Source: a virus
Lineage: Duplodnaviria; Caudoviricetes
Virus record (IMG/VR): IMGVR_UViG_3300031757_000002
Location: 1 to 47,959 of that record
Length of the DNA: 47,959 nt
Strand: one strand, 5' to 3'
Every line of letters begins with the position of its first letter. The stretch's first letter is position 1. Shown piece by piece: positions 47,439-47,959 of the stretch. Under the pieces are notes generated by a model. It saw only the letters and a list, made by a program, of their open reading frames with translations, was not told the origin of the DNA and did no database searches. Both the position numbers and the translations under genes were made by a program.

Positions 47439-47959
47439 AAAAAATATTTATATTTTTTTTATTCGCGGGAAGCTGCCTTGCAGAAAAGCTATATTTTAAC
47501 GATGGAAATATAGCCGAAGGTAAAATACTTGAAGCGAACGCAACGCACTTGCTTTTTCAAAAAGCGGAAGATCACCAAAAGTTTAGGTTTCAAATAAGCC
47601 TACTCACAAAAGATTCCCAAAAACAAATTGAGCTGTATCATTCTGAAAATAGATACAGGAATATACCCTCGGTCAAAACACCCCTTAATAAAAGGACGCT
47701 CAATAGTTATTCCGCATATATAGATAAGCTAGTAGACGATAACTTAAGGGCGAAGAGAGCTCACAAAACCAAAGAGCTGGACAATAGCTCTTATGCCAGA
47801 AGGCTATATCTAACCTTAATTGGCAGAATTCCTACGCAATCAGAGCTAAACTCTTTCCTAAAAAATAGCGATCCAAATAAAAAAGATAAACTAACCCAAA
47901 AATTATTAAATTCAGATGGATACATAAACCACCAGTTAAATTGGTGGAGCGACATGCTC
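47435..47959 (+). CDS. 3'-truncated exported SHD1-like + DUF1549 (PSCyt2) domain protein
   Basis: ATGA overlap; signal MKKIFIFFLFAGSCLA; IDKLV...YARRLYLTLIGRIPTQSELNSFL..DPNKKDKL..LLNSDGYINH..NWWSDML; open to the window end. Confidence 0.82.
   Translation, partial: MKKIFIFFLFAGSCLAEKLYFNDGNIAEGKILEANATHLLFQKAEDHQKFRFQISLLTKDSQKQIELYHSENRYRNIPSVKTPLNKRTLNSYSAYIDKLVDDNLRAKRAHKTKELDNSSYARRLYLTLIGRIPTQSELNSFLKNSDPNKKDKLTQKLLNSDGYINHQLNWWSDML

Noticed and set aside
1-47959. Eukaryotic giant virus (NCLDV) origin, suggested by the mucin repeats and GTs
   Set aside because: DnaE, DnaB, a DnaG-like primase, RecA, sigma70-like promoters, lipoboxes and ATGA-coupled operons indicate a bacterial-type system.

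Overview
This window looks like part of a large dsDNA bacteriophage genome. Genes are densely packed and almost all on the + strand, there are no ribosomal or housekeeping operons, and the replisome is phage-style. No capsid or terminase gene is in view, so the phage call is an inference. A DUF1549-type gene and other PVC-style exported proteins point to a Verrucomicrobia, Lentisphaerae or Planctomycetes host. Layout: (1) 1-15452, two very large proteins built from Thr/Pro-rich mucin-like repeats and Cys-rich modules; the second (4322 aa) carries a leishmanolysin-like HExxH protease domain. (2) 15492-36124, replication, recombination and nucleotide metabolism: RecA, DnaB, Toprim primase, PD-(D/E)xK nucleases, a DNA polymerase III split into PHP, DEDDh and DnaE genes, ClpC, an NDT-like protein, GuaC and tRNA-Thr(UGU). 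A first glycan-modification block lies within it at 16999-21926. (3) 36129-39415, small genes and Hsp20. (4) 39415-43589, a second glycosyltransferase, sulfotransferase and RmlD-like block. (5) 43626-end, exported proteins and lipoproteins ending in an SHD1-like + DUF1549 protein. A recurrent TTGAnn-N16-TATATT-N6-ATG motif suggests leaderless transcripts. The best candidate novel systems are a phage-encoded glycosylated, sulfated mucin-like surface fibre and a phage-borne PVC envelope module.
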